A stretch of DNA of 64,000 nucleotides from an uncultured Planctomycetaceae bacterium (lineage in GTDB: Bacteria > Planctomycetota > Planctomycetia > Pirellulales > PALSA-1355): contig CAWAUV010000007.1 of assembly GCA_963785305.1 (NCBI GenBank), positions 352,001-416,000 of the forward strand, written 5' to 3'. Of this stretch, positions 54,432-64,000 are shown piece after piece. The position numbers and the translations under genes are program-made. The notes under the pieces were generated by a model, which was given only the letters and a program-made list of their open reading frames with translations, was not told the DNA's origin and searched no databases. The first letter of the stretch is position 1; each line of letters opens with the position of its first letter.

Positions 54432-57209
54432 TTATCGCTCGTTTCCTGCTGAATCCTGCTTCTTCGCCAGCCATGACCGCCAGCGGCGAATTCGCTCGCT
54501 GGCGCTCGATGGCGCCGATTCCGATCCCTCGGACGCCACATCGCGCCCGACGATCTTGGCCAGCGAGGTCATCGCCGCCTCGGCCACATCATTGCGATCG
54601 TCGAGCAGCTCGCCGAGACACGGGCAATAGCTCGCGTCGTCGAGAGTCCCCATGGCCCGCGCCGCCCCGCGCCGAACATCCCCATCCACATCCTTGGCCA
54701 TCCGCTCCAAGGCCGAACGTCCCTCGGGCGCTCCCAGCTTGGCCAGCGCCAGAGCGGTTTCGATCCGGAGCGGCGCCTCGCCGCGGGCCAGTAGCGCCAC
54801 GAGCGGCGCTGGATCCTCGAGCGGCCCACAGCCCGCTAGCGCCCGCACCGCCACGAGCACCACGGTCACTTGCGAATCTTCGAGCAGTGGCGTGAGCAGC
54901 GCCACATGCCGCGGCGAACCATGCTCCACGAAGTATTCCGCCGCCCGGCGCCGCACCTCCGGCGAATCGTGGCCGATCGCCATCGCCGCCATGCGGGTCG
55001 CGGGCTCGCGCGGGTCGTGGACCAGCGCCGTGAGCAATGTTCGCCAAACCAGTGGATCGCTCTCGTGGGTCAGAACCTCGGCCAGCCTCGCGAGCGCCAC
55101 GCCCGATAGCGGCCGCTCGACGACCAATGTCGCTATCTTGTCGGCCGCGCTCCGGCGCTCGGTCGGTTTCGCGGATCGCAAGTCGACCAAGCTCGCGAAC
55201 ACCGGCGCGACTTCCGGCAATACCTCGATATAGACCGCTTCGGGCAATGGCCGCGACTCTTCGGCCACGAATCGCGCGACTGCCGGCAGCACCGCGGGCC
55301 CGAGTTGCTTAAGCCCGTCGATCGCCGCATCGGCGTCGCGCTTCGTGAGCGAGGGCGCCTCGAGCGCGGCGAGCAGGGATCGCGCTTGATCGATCGCCGG
55401 GGGCGATGCCGCGGGCGACGTGTCGAGCCCGGTCATGTCCGACGACGCCACGCCGGACAATGGATCGCGAGCTCGACTATCGGCATGCAGCGCCGTTTCG
55501 AAGTTCTTGCGCTGCTCGATCGCTCGCCATTGCGACTCGAGCCGAGCCAGTGTCACATCGGGCGGTTCGACCGGCGCCAGAGGCTCGATTCCGGCGGCCA
55601 TCGCGCCGAATTGTTCGATCCACTTATCATGGAGCGCCGCCAGCGCCACGACGCGTTGTTCGGCCGATCCATCGGCCGGAAAATCGGCGGCCGGCGTCCA
55701 GCGGCGGGCAAGCTGTGCTCCGGCTGTCTTGCGCACCAGGTATCCGTGTTCGTGCATTGCCACCAGCAAGATCGGGCCGGCCGTGTCGAGCGGCCACTCG
55801 GTCACCGCCGCGACCGCGGCTCTTTGCACGTCGGGAGTGCGATCGCTGATGAGCGTGGTAATCACGCGAGCCGCCGCGCGCGGCTGGCGAGCGACGATTC
55901 CGTTGGCGGTGGCGAGCGTGTTGGCCACCGCCTGACGGACACGCGATGATTTATCGGCGGCGGCGCCCAGCACGATCTCGTCGGCGCCCAACGAGCCGAG
56001 CGACGCGACCGCCGCCGCTCGCAATACTTCACCCTGGGCGTGCATCATTTTCTCGAGCGCGGCCCGGGCGTCGGGCGTGCCCAAATCGCCAAGCGATTCG
56101 ATCGCCGCGAGCCGCACCGACAGATCGTAGTCGTCGAGCGCATGGCGCAAATATCCGAGCGCTTTCGGATCGCGATGCTTGGCGAGCGCCGCGAGCGCGG
56201 CGGCGCGGATGCGTGGGTCCGTGTCGTCGCGCAAGCCCGCGGCCGAGGGCGGCAACGGCGCCCGGCATTCGGCCAGGAGTTGCAAGGTGATCCAGCGAAC
56301 TTCGGCGTCGGGGCTTTTGAGGCTCGCGGTGAGATACGGAACCGCGGCGGCGTCGCGGTCGCGCGCCAGCGAGGTGAGCAATTCGCCGTGCAAGCGGGGC
56401 TGATATCGTTCGGCCGCCGGGCCCGAGGCGTCGCCATATTGCTTGACGAGCGTCTCGATTGCGGCGCGCGATCGAGGCGAATCGATCGCCGTGAGCGCTT
56501 CGATCGCCGCCATGCGCATCGGCATGCGGAGCTCGCCATGTCGAACCGTGGCCAGCAGCCGCTCGACCGGCTCGGCCTGACGCCAGCGGACTTGAATAAT
56601 CGCGGCGTTGGCGGCCACGATCGGGTTCTTGGATTCGATGAGCTCGGCTAAGCTCGGCCGGTCGGCGGGGGGAGTGCGCAGCATTTCATCAAGGGCCGCG
56701 TTGCGATAGCGAAAACCGCTCACGTCCTCCTTGACGCCGGGCATGGGCACCCGCAGCGCCCAGCCGTCCTTGGCGAGCGCGGCGCGCATCGTGTCGTCGA
56801 TCGTCGGTTGCTTTTCGTTCGCGAGGGGAGGTTTCGCGCTTTCGGAAGCCGCCGGAGCGGATGCGCGCCCGGCGGTCTTGTCGGCGGGCGAAGAGTCGTT
56901 GGCCGCCCCCGAGCCCGATGCCGCTTGCGATGGCGAGGCCGCCGAGGCGGGGGTGGCGCGTTGGGAGGACTTCTCGCTCGCGGGGGCCTTCTTTCCGGAG
57001 GTCTCCTTCGCGGGCGGCTGCTTGTTCGCCGATGTTGCCTCGTCGTCCGCGATGCCGGCGAGCGCGTCGTTCGCCGCGGGGGCCGGCGATTCCTGCAAAT
57101 GGCGACAGCCCAAGCTTGGAATGAGCGCCGTCGTGAAGAGCGCCGTCGCAAGGAGCGCCGTCGCTCGAGGCGCGAGCGGCAAGCGATGGCGATTGTTCAA
57201 CAGCGTCAT
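54432..57209 (-). CDS. HEAT-repeat lipoprotein
   Basis: Lipobox-like PSLGC; many repeats such as DYDLSVRLAAIESLG and DTDPRIRAAALAAL. Confidence 0.88.
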   Translation of the reverse strand: MTLLNNRHRLPLAPRATALLATALFTTALIPSLGCRHLQESPAPAANDALAGIADDEATSANKQPPAKETSGKKAPASEKSSQRATPASAASPSQAASGSGAANDSSPADKTAGRASAPAASESAKPPLANEKQPTIDDTMRAALAKDGWALRVPMPGVKEDVSGFRYRNAALDEMLRTPPADRPSLAELIESKNPIVAANAAIIQVRWRQAEPVERLLATVRHGELRMPMRMAAIEALTAIDSPRSRAAIETLVKQYGDASGPAAERYQPRLHGELLTSLARDRDAAAVPYLTASLKSPDAEVRWITLQLLAECRAPLPPSAAGLRDDTDPRIRAAALAALAKHRDPKALGYLRHALDDYDLSVRLAAIESLGDLGTPDARAALEKMMHAQGEVLRAAAVASLGSLGADEIVLGAAADKSSRVRQAVANTLATANGIVARQPRAAARVITTLISDRTPDVQRAAVAAVTEWPLDTAGPILLVAMHEHGYLVRKTAGAQLARRWTPAADFPADGSAEQRVVALAALHDKWIEQFGAMAAGIEPLAPVEPPDVTLARLESQWRAIEQRKNFETALHADSRARDPLSGVASSDMTGLDTSPAASPPAIDQARSLLAALEAPSLTKRDADAAIDGLKQLGPAVLPAVARFVAEESRPLPEAVYIEVLPEVAPVFASLVDLRSAKPTERRSAADKIATLVVERPLSGVALARLAEVLTHESDPLVWRTLLTALVHDPREPATRMAAMAIGHDSPEVRRRAAEYFVEHGSPRHVALLTPLLEDSQVTVVLVAVRALAGCGPLEDPAPLVALLARGEAPLRIETALALAKLGAPEGRSALERMAKDVDGDVRRGAARAMGTLDDASYCPCLGELLDDRNDVAEAAMTSLAKIVGRDVASEGSESAPSSASERIRRWRSWLAKKQDSAGNER

Positions 57210-57272
57210 TTCGGCAAATCCTTTTGCCCGCGCTTATCGGTCGTTTATCTGGCGCCGCCGTTGATCGGGGCG

Positions 57273-58691
57273 CTATTCATTCACCGCGCTCTTGTTGTCG
57301 GCGGCCAGCGGTCCATCGCCGGCGGCGTTGCGGTCGCGGGATTTCGACTTCGGTTCGCTCTCCGGCGCCGCGAGCGGCGCGATCTTGGGCAAGGCGACCT
57401 TGCGGGGAAGATTCGGATCTTTCAGCGACTTCTCCAAGTCCTCCCGCTTTTTCGCCAAATCCTTCGTCGAAAGGCTCGCGGTATCGGCCAGTTTCGAAGC
57501 GCGATACACCGTCTTCACGAGTTCCTTGAGCGATTCCTTGCTCGCGGGCGGCGAAAGATCGGCATAGATGCCATGCTTGGCGCCATGACCCACGAGTCCG
57601 TCGGCGATATAGCCGAGGGCTAATTTCAATCGGCGGCGATTCGGTTCAACGTCGTTGGCTTCGGCCCAGACTTCTTCCTGCTTGAGAATTTCGTAAGCAA
57701 GCAGGCTCATATCCAAGGCCACGTCGGCGGTGTTGATTTTCTCGCTGCCGGTGAACTTCATTTCGCTAAACGCGGCGGCGCATGCGCAGCGAAGCGAAAT
57801 CAGATTCTTGGGATCTCGCATCTCGCTCGCCAGGGCCGTCGCCACTTCGTCGCCACCATTGACGCCCGGCGAACCGATCAATCCCAAAATCTGGGCCGCC
57901 ATTCGCCTCAGCCACGACTGGGCCTCCGCGGTGCGGTTCGGTCCTGGATCGCGTTGCTTGAGCAGCGTGAGCATCGACTTGACCAAGGGCTGCAGCTTGT
58001 CGGGCGGCAGCGGATGCTCCGCGTAGCACGTGGCCTGGCGCTCGATGCCCAAAAGAGCCGGCACGCGCAGATATTCCGGCGCCTTCGGCACGTCGACCAC
58101 GGTGAGCATATATTGCAGGGCATCGAGCGAGGGGCGGGGTTTGCCACCCGAGGGCGGCGCTTCTTCCTTGTTCAAATCGCCGATCATCAGCATCGCGTTG
58201 TATCGCAGCGCATTGCAGCGAACCGTGTCGTATTTCGGATCGTCGGGGAAGCGGGCCTTGATGATCGCCTTCATCATGGCAAAGGTCAGATCATGTAGAT
58301 GGTCGTACACCGGGCCCTTCTTGCCGGAGCCGAAAAAGCGGCCCTTCATGCCGCGGCGCAACTCGGCCAGCGAAATCTTCGACTCGGGATCGGCAAACCG
58401 CGGTTCGGCGAATTGCAACAGAAAATAATCGTTGAAGAACGCGTCGAACACCGCTTTTTCGTTGTCGCTGAAGCTCTCCGACGTCAACGCGTCGACCACG
58501 ATCTTGACTTGGGTCCTTAGTTTCGGATTCGGCGTGGCAAACGGATCGGGTCCCTGGGCAATAGCGGAACCGGCCGGCAGCGACCAAACCATCGCATAGA
58601 AAACCGCCACCATCGCGATCCATCGCGCCGGTTCAGCACACGCGGTTCGCAAGACGAGCCTTCCAGATTGATGCACCAGTGGCGTCCGCAT
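57273..58691 (-). CDS. Hypothetical exported alpha-helical protein
   Basis: Long ORF with protein-like composition and a signal-like segment ending SAIAQ; start uncertain. Confidence 0.8.
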   Translation of the reverse strand: MRTPLVHQSGRLVLRTACAEPARWIAMVAVFYAMVWSLPAGSAIAQGPDPFATPNPKLRTQVKIVVDALTSESFSDNEKAVFDAFFNDYFLLQFAEPRFADPESKISLAELRRGMKGRFFGSGKKGPVYDHLHDLTFAMMKAIIKARFPDDPKYDTVRCNALRYNAMLMIGDLNKEEAPPSGGKPRPSLDALQYMLTVVDVPKAPEYLRVPALLGIERQATCYAEHPLPPDKLQPLVKSMLTLLKQRDPGPNRTAEAQSWLRRMAAQILGLIGSPGVNGGDEVATALASEMRDPKNLISLRCACAAAFSEMKFTGSEKINTADVALDMSLLAYEILKQEEVWAEANDVEPNRRRLKLALGYIADGLVGHGAKHGIYADLSPPASKESLKELVKTVYRASKLADTASLSTKDLAKKREDLEKSLKDPNLPRKVALPKIAPLAAPESEPKSKSRDRNAAGDGPLAADNKSAVNE

Positions 58692-58835
58692 GAAACGCAG
58701 GCTCTCCACGAAACCCATAGCGCGACCCAGGGGGGCGGCCGAAGAAATCGTTCTCGAAGACGGGACCGAAAACCGAGAGCAAGAAGCGGCGCAAAAGCAA
58801 TTCACGAACCGCTTTGAGATAAACCCTCGAAGTCT

Positions 58836-58865
58836 AGGCTAGCACCGCCCGACGGCTCTTGTCAA
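58836..58865 (-). promoter_or_regulatory. Putative sigma70 promoter
   Basis: TTGACA-N18-TAGCCT with an extended -10 TG. Confidence 0.5.
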
Positions 58866-58967
58866 TACGGATGCCGAGCCCCCGAAAATCGCAAAAATGG
58901 CCGCTTTCAGGCCGTTCGCCCTGTTTCGGCGGCTTAAATTCCTAAATCCGCGACGCCTGAGGGGAGC

Positions 58968-60260
58968 CTATTCCGCCACGCCGCCCTGGTTTTCCGAATT
59001 TGCCGGCGCCACGGCTTCAAGGCTCACGGTCGAATTCGACATCTCGCCTCCCGTGGGCACCTGACGGCTGGGCGGCAAATTCTCGGCCGAGAGCAAGGCC
59101 GGTAGCGGATCGGTCGGGCCATGGTTCAGCGTGTCGATCAATTGCCGCAGCCGACCCAGGTTGCGTCGGTTGAACCGAAACACGAGCCGCGGCAGCGGCG
59201 CCAGCTCGGCTTCGTCGCGTTCCTCGGGCAGTGGGCCGGTGAGCTGAAAATCGCCGCCGGCCAGCAGTCCGGAAAACTCGGCGTTGATCTGTTTCATCAA
59301 CTCCGGCGTGGGACGACGCGCGAGACGCAGCGCGAGTTTGTTTTTCACATAGCGCATGCTGTGGTAGGCGTGAAAGAAGCCGAGAATCTCGTTGACGGCT
59401 TCGTCGACATTGTCGGTATGCTTGTAGAGATGTTTGTCCTCGGCCGAAATCAGCCGGTCGCCCAGCAAGCGATGCTCGAAAAAGTCGAGCAGGTCTTTCC
59501 AGAACGTGTGGCCCGGGGCGTCGAGAAACACGACCGGGGCCATATCTCGCTTGCCGGTTTGCAGGAGCGTGAGCACTTCGAGCCCTTCGTCGAGGGTGCC
59601 AAAACCGCCGGGCAAAAGACACACCGCATCGCATTCTTTCACGAACATCAGTTTGCGCGTGAAGAAATACTTCATATGCACGAGCTTCGCGTCGCCGGCG
59701 ATTACCGGGTTGGCATATTGCTCGAAGGGCAGCATGATGTTGAGCCCCATCGAATGCTCGCGCCCGGCGCCGATGTGGCCGGCTTCCATGATGCCGCTCG
59801 CCGCCCCCGTGACCACCAGCCAATCATGCTTGGCCATGGCCTGGCCGAAGGCGATGCCTTGCTGAAAGGCGGGCTCGTCGGGCTGGGTGCGAGCCGAGCC
59901 AAACACCGTGACCTTGCGGCGGCGGCGAAAGGGAGTGAACACCTTGAAGGCGTAGCGCAGCTCGCGGAGCGTGCGGCTCAGGATTTTCAAGTCGCCGCGC
60001 GAAGTTTGATCGAGCGCCAGTTTATCGGCCGTTTCCTTGATTTGCTCGATCAGATCGGCCCCGGCAAAGACCCGCTCGCCGGCTGGGGGGGCGGCGCTCG
60101 ATGGCTCGGCGTGTCGTGGGCCGCCGCTCGGCGAGCCCGCGCTGGTGATTTTCTCGGAACTTCCCGGCGCCATGTTCTCGGCGCCGCGAGGGCCCCCCAA
60201 CGAATCCCCGCCCGCGTCACTCTGTTTCACGATCGTATCTCTCGGCTTGGCGAGAGCCAT
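58968..60260 (-). CDS. LOG family (TIGR00730-like) nucleotide phosphoribohydrolase
   Basis: [30 protein letters not shown]; start uncertain. Confidence 0.92.
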   Translation of the reverse strand: MALAKPRDTIVKQSDAGGDSLGGPRGAENMAPGSSEKITSAGSPSGGPRHAEPSSAAPPAGERVFAGADLIEQIKETADKLALDQTSRGDLKILSRTLRELRYAFKVFTPFRRRRKVTVFGSARTQPDEPAFQQGIAFGQAMAKHDWLVVTGAASGIMEAGHIGAGREHSMGLNIMLPFEQYANPVIAGDAKLVHMKYFFTRKLMFVKECDAVCLLPGGFGTLDEGLEVLTLLQTGKRDMAPVVFLDAPGHTFWKDLLDFFEHRLLGDRLISAEDKHLYKHTDNVDEAVNEILGFFHAYHSMRYVKNKLALRLARRPTPELMKQINAEFSGLLAGGDFQLTGPLPEERDEAELAPLPRLVFRFNRRNLGRLRQLIDTLNHGPTDPLPALLSAENLPPSRQVPTGGEMSNSTVSLEAVAPANSENQGGVAE

Positions 60261-60303
60261 CCGCCTGATGGCCCAGATGGGTTCCATTGTACCACGGAGG
60301 CGG

Positions 60304-60374
60304 TTTCGTTTTCAGGGTTCAATGGGGAACCGGCCGAATGTTCGAAACGGAACATTGAACCCTGAAAACCGAAA
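60304..60374. repeat. Intergenic inverted repeat with perfect 17-bp arms
   Basis: GTTTTCAGGGTTCAATG (60308-60324) / CATTGAACCCTGAAAAC (60353-60369). Confidence 0.8.
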
Positions 60375-60522
60375 ACAGCGCCCGCCGCGATCGCCGGGGG
60401 CGTTCCGCCTTGGGGGCGCTTGTGGGCGGGGAGCGCGGGGGATATCATCCCGCTTGGTCGCCGCGGCGCCGGCGCTTTCGCGAGCTTCGCGGCGCGGGCT
60501 CGCTCCACGGGGAACTTTCGGC

Positions 60523-61410
60523 ATGCAGCCTTCCGACGCCGCTTGGCGGTCGCTTTATCCTTTCGAGTCGCGCTATGCCACGATCGATGGCCATCGTTAC
60601 CATTATCTCGACGAGGGCCGGGGCGAGACACTGCTCCTCGTGCATGGAAACCCCACTTGGTCGTTCTACTGGCGAAATCTGATCCTGGCCCTCAGGGATC
60701 GCTATCGGCTTGTCGTGGTCGATCATCTCGGCTGCGGACTAAGCGACAAGCCCGCTGGATATAATTACTGCTTGGCCCAGCATGTGGCCAATCTCGGCCA
60801 ACTGATCGACGCGCTCGATCTTCGCTCCGTGACGCTAATGGCGCATGACTGGGGCGGGGCGATCGGATTGGGCGCGGCGCTCGAGCGCCAGCAGCGCTTC
60901 GCGAGATTCATCTTGTTCAACACCGCGGCCTTTCGCTCGCGACGCATTCCCTGGCGAATTCGCGTCTGCCGCACGCCGCTCTTGGGCAAGCTCGCCGTGC
61001 AAGGACTCAATGCCTTTGCCCGGGCAGCGCTCGTGATGGCGGTCGAACACCGAGACCGCATGACGCCCGCCGTGAAGGCCGGGCTTCTCGCGCCCTACGA
61101 CTCCTGGTCGCATCGCGAGGCGATCTATCGATTCGTGCAAGATATTCCCATGAGCCGCGCGGCCAAGAGCTGGAACACGCTCGAAACCATCGAACGACGC
61201 CTGCCCGAGCTCGCCGCCAAACCGTGGATGTTGATCTGGGGCATGCGCGATTGGTGCTTCACGCCCTACTTCCTCGAACGCTTCGCCGATTTTTTTCCGA
61301 ATGCCCAAATCCATCGCCTCGCCGACGCGGGCCATTATGTCGTGGAAGACGCTCACGAACGCATCGCGCCGCTGGTGGCGGACTTTCTTACCCGCAAAAC
61401 TGCTCGTTGA
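60523..61410 (+). CDS. Alpha/beta hydrolase, haloalkane dehalogenase / OleB-like
   Basis: HGNPTWSF, DHLGCGLSDKP, HDWGG, WGMRDWCF, GHYVVED. Confidence 0.9.
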   Translation: MQPSDAAWRSLYPFESRYATIDGHRYHYLDEGRGETLLLVHGNPTWSFYWRNLILALRDRYRLVVVDHLGCGLSDKPAGYNYCLAQHVANLGQLIDALDLRSVTLMAHDWGGAIGLGAALERQQRFARFILFNTAAFRSRRIPWRIRVCRTPLLGKLAVQGLNAFARAALVMAVEHRDRMTPAVKAGLLAPYDSWSHREAIYRFVQDIPMSRAAKSWNTLETIERRLPELAAKPWMLIWGMRDWCFTPYFLERFADFFPNAQIHRLADAGHYVVEDAHERIAPLVADFLTRKTAR

Positions 61411-61686
61411 AACATGGGAGTTCAGCGCGGCCGGAAAATCCCGGCCAAACGCTGGTCGAATCGTGGTCAATCGGTGACAATCAAGCGATCGCGCGGGGCA
61501 TCGCTCGCGAATGCCGCGGCAAAGCGCGACGCTGGCGATGAAGCATGCCGCGGCGCCAATGCTGGCGCAGGAGCGCCCGCCGCTCGTTGGCGGTGGGGGC
61601 GAATCCCATTCAAGCAAGCAGGCTCGCGCGGCCGACTGCCATTACAAGAGGAATTTCGCGCCGATTCAGAAGACCCGGAAACGGTG

Positions 61687-62721
61687 ATGGCGATGAAGAG
61701 CAAGCGTGGGTTGATTCGCGAGCTGTCGACGCGCTTCAGGGCGGCCACTCGCTTCGAGGCGGCGGGGGGCTTCAGAAGGGCGGGCTCGCCACTGGCCGCG
61801 GTTTGCGTCGCGGCATTCTGTCTCTGGATGGCGGGCTTGGCGCTCGCGGCGCCGGTGGTTCCGGGCACGGGGCGGCGTTTGGCCCAAGGCGGCGACGACT
61901 TCGAGGACACCAAGTGGAAGTTCACTCTCAATCTGCCCAAGAGTAGCGAAGAGCAAGACAAGCAGATTCGCATGCCGGGCGGTTTTTCATCGAACAATCG
62001 CTGGCAAGAAAGCGCAAAGCGCGGCACGCCCGACCTCGTGAAGCGCGTGCCTCCGCCTGAAGGCGGCATTCCTGGCAGCCAAGGCGCGATGTTGATGCGC
62101 ACCTTGAATTCGATGGTGCCCAACGCCACCAGCAACACCATGGGCCAAGACGACCTGCTGTTCAACCCGCGGTCGGAATATGGGGGCTCGATTCCGGTGT
62201 CGGTCACGCCGAGCGTGGTCACGCGCGTGTACGTGCCGCCGTTCGAGGACTGGGAGCAGCGGGCCGGCAATTCCTTCGGCTTCCGCGCCGGAGTGCGCAC
62301 CACGAAGACCACGCCCGGCAGGTTCCTCCGCCCAGGCAAGACCGAGATCGAGCCTTATTGGCCAGGGATATTCATTTACTATTGGCCCAAGGGCAGCGAC
62401 GCTCGTTACAAAGACGCGCCCTCGGCGATGCTGTTCGTGCGTGGCAATCACTTGGGCCACGATATGCAAAGCAAGCGAATCACCGAGCCCGGATGGTGGA
62501 CGCTGGGCATGAGTTTCACGCCCGATGGCATGGTGCATTTCTATGCCCACGCCGGCGTCGAAAAGCTCACGCAGAAGGACCTGCTCGCCTCGTACTTTCC
62601 CTACAGCTACAAGTGCGAATACTTCGGCACGTTCTTCTACGACATCATGAACAAGGACGACGGTCAAAGCTGGTCGACGCCCTGGGTCGTCGACGATCCG
62701 TGGATCTATGTCGCCCAGTGA
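61687..62721 (+). CDS. Conserved secreted hypothetical protein (Planctomycete type)
   Basis: Signal-like hydrophobic segment; GDDFED, QDDL, GWWTLGMSFTPDG. Confidence 0.8.
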   Translation: MAMKSKRGLIRELSTRFRAATRFEAAGGFRRAGSPLAAVCVAAFCLWMAGLALAAPVVPGTGRRLAQGGDDFEDTKWKFTLNLPKSSEEQDKQIRMPGGFSSNNRWQESAKRGTPDLVKRVPPPEGGIPGSQGAMLMRTLNSMVPNATSNTMGQDDLLFNPRSEYGGSIPVSVTPSVVTRVYVPPFEDWEQRAGNSFGFRAGVRTTKTTPGRFLRPGKTEIEPYWPGIFIYYWPKGSDARYKDAPSAMLFVRGNHLGHDMQSKRITEPGWWTLGMSFTPDGMVHFYAHAGVEKLTQKDLLASYFPYSYKCEYFGTFFYDIMNKDDGQSWSTPWVVDDPWIYVAQ

Positions 62722-62757
62722 GCCGCGCGAGCAACTCGGGCGGTAATCGGCCATGCG

Positions 62758-64000
62758 CTACGGACGCGCGGCGGGACGCCAGACGCTGTCGTCGAGCACT
62801 ACAATCGTCGCCGGAGTCGCAATCGGGCTCGACGCCACGGGCCGATAGATCGTCGTCTGCCGCTGGGCTCGCGACGCCATGCGATCTTCGCCCTCGCTCG
62901 AGCGCTGCTGCTGGAAATGCGTTTCGTGTGGATTGACCGCGTTGCCGCCGCTCGAGCCGCTGTCGCCGGAGTCTGTATTGGCGCCATTGGAATCAGCGCC
63001 GCTCGAACCATTGTTCTGGGTGTCGGCGCCGGGAACCGCGAAGCGGTCGGTCCAGCGCGTGCTCGGCTCGGTTTGGCCATTGGACGAAGGCTGCGAGGAG
63101 TTCGCGGGCGCGTCGCTCGGAGCCGGATTCTTAAAGGTCGTTTTCGGCGACGGGCTCGGGCTGGGACCTGGCGGCACGACGCGCGAAGTCGGCGCCGGGC
63201 TCGATGCCGCGTCGCTCGGCGGGGAGATGATGCGCGGCGCACCAATGCTGACGCCCGCGCCATTCGGCGCCGAATACGGAGTCATGTCGCGATAGATCGC
63301 GCCGGGCGGATAGCTCGCTCCCGGCGGAGCGCTCATGGCCGGCGGATAATTCGATGAAGGAATCGCGCTCGCGGCGCTGGGCGACGCGAAGGTCGTCGAC
63401 GGTCCGGGCGTCGGAGCCATGCCAGGGCCCGTCGGCATCGGCTGGGAGCCCGTCGGCATCGTTTGGGGGCTCATCGGTATCGGCTGTCCAACGGGCAATG
63501 CCGGGGCCATGTTCGCCGCGCTCGAAAGACTTGAAACGCTGGAGCCAATCTGGCCCGGCGCCGCATAAGCCGGCGCGTAAGCCGGCGCGATTGGAGCAGC
63601 GGCGAGCGCAGGGCGCCGGCGGCGCAACCACAGGCGGGCGCGGCCATCACCGGCGCGGCGACAACCGGAGTCGCCACGACCTGTTGATAGGTCGTATATG
63701 GCACGAGCTGCGGACGCATCGCGTAGCTGACCACCGGACGCATCACCGTCGTCGCGCCGCCACATGCGTTGCAGGCCGGCGCAGGTTGCAATGTCGTGAT
63801 CGGAGTCGGCATGTAGACCGCGCGGTAAGCGGTATAGGGCATGTAATTCACCGTCGTCGCCATCACCGGCGCCGGCGCGTAGAGCGGGCGATATGTGGTC
63901 ACCGCGGTTTGCGGCGCGGGGCGGCTGAAAATATTGCAAAGCTGCGCGCGGCATTCGCCTTCGCCTGAAAGTGCGAGGAACGCGGCGCTGAGCGTGGCAA
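62758..64000 (-). CDS. Pro/Thr/Tyr-rich low-complexity protein (5' partial, frameshifted near 63620 and 63910)
   Basis: TTYRPLY...ACNACG...PYTTY in ORF 63471 continues into the Pro/Ser-rich frame ending DDSVWRPAARP. Confidence 0.65.
   Translation of the reverse strand, partial: CHAQRRVPRTFRRRRMPRAALQYFQPPRAANRGDHISPALRAGAGDGDDGELHALYRLPRGLHADSDHDIATCAGLQRMWRRDDGDASGGQLRDASAARAIYDLSTGRGDSGCRRAGDGRARLWLRRRRPALAAAPIAPAYAPAYAAPGQIGSSVSSLSSAANMAPALPVGQPIPMSPQTMPTGSQPMPTGPGMAPTPGPSTTFASPSAASAIPSSNYPPAMSAPPGASYPPGAIYRDMTPYSAPNGAGVSIGAPRIISPPSDAASSPAPTSRVVPPGPSPSPSPKTTFKNPAPSDAPANSSQPSSNGQTEPSTRWTDRFAVPGADTQNNGSSGADSNGANTDSGDSGSSGGNAVNPHETHFQQQRSSEGEDRMASRAQRQTTIYRPVASSPIATPATIVVLDDSVWRPAARP

Overview
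High-GC bacterial chromosomal DNA that looks like Planctomycetota (Pirellulales-like): BBP7-type beta-barrel, DUF1573, NPCBM, prenyltransferase-repeat, PEP-CTERM and HEAT-repeat proteins. About 20 genes, including argS and rpiA, carry small indels, so this is probably an unpolished long-read assembly. Coding content: IS701-like element, tetraheme cytochrome with a phosphoesterase-like domain, queC-queD, two ExbD/MotB-like membrane proteins, an MBOAT/DltX-like/DltD-like acylation trio, bioA, a pentose-phosphate/glucose-phosphate cluster (gnd-zwf-pgl-rpiA-phosphatase-pgm-pgi-DUF2090), ROK and SIS proteins, an MFS transporter, two MotA/TolQ/ExbB genes, glycosyltransferases, argS, a Dam-type M/C/R restriction-modification cassette, a metzincin-like protein, hydroxyproline epimerase, LOG and an OleB-like hydrolase. 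The main find is non-coding. Positions ~3130-3287 and ~4909-5640 appear to form one large (~0.85-0.9 kb) structured + strand RNA with GNRA tetraloops, pseudoknots and helices that pair across a 1.62-kb nested insertion (a MITE at CTAG, itself hit in a hairpin loop by the IS). A second candidate structured RNA is the ~315-nt leader of the PEP-CTERM gene. All assignments come from reading motifs and pairings by eye; no searches or folding programs were run.
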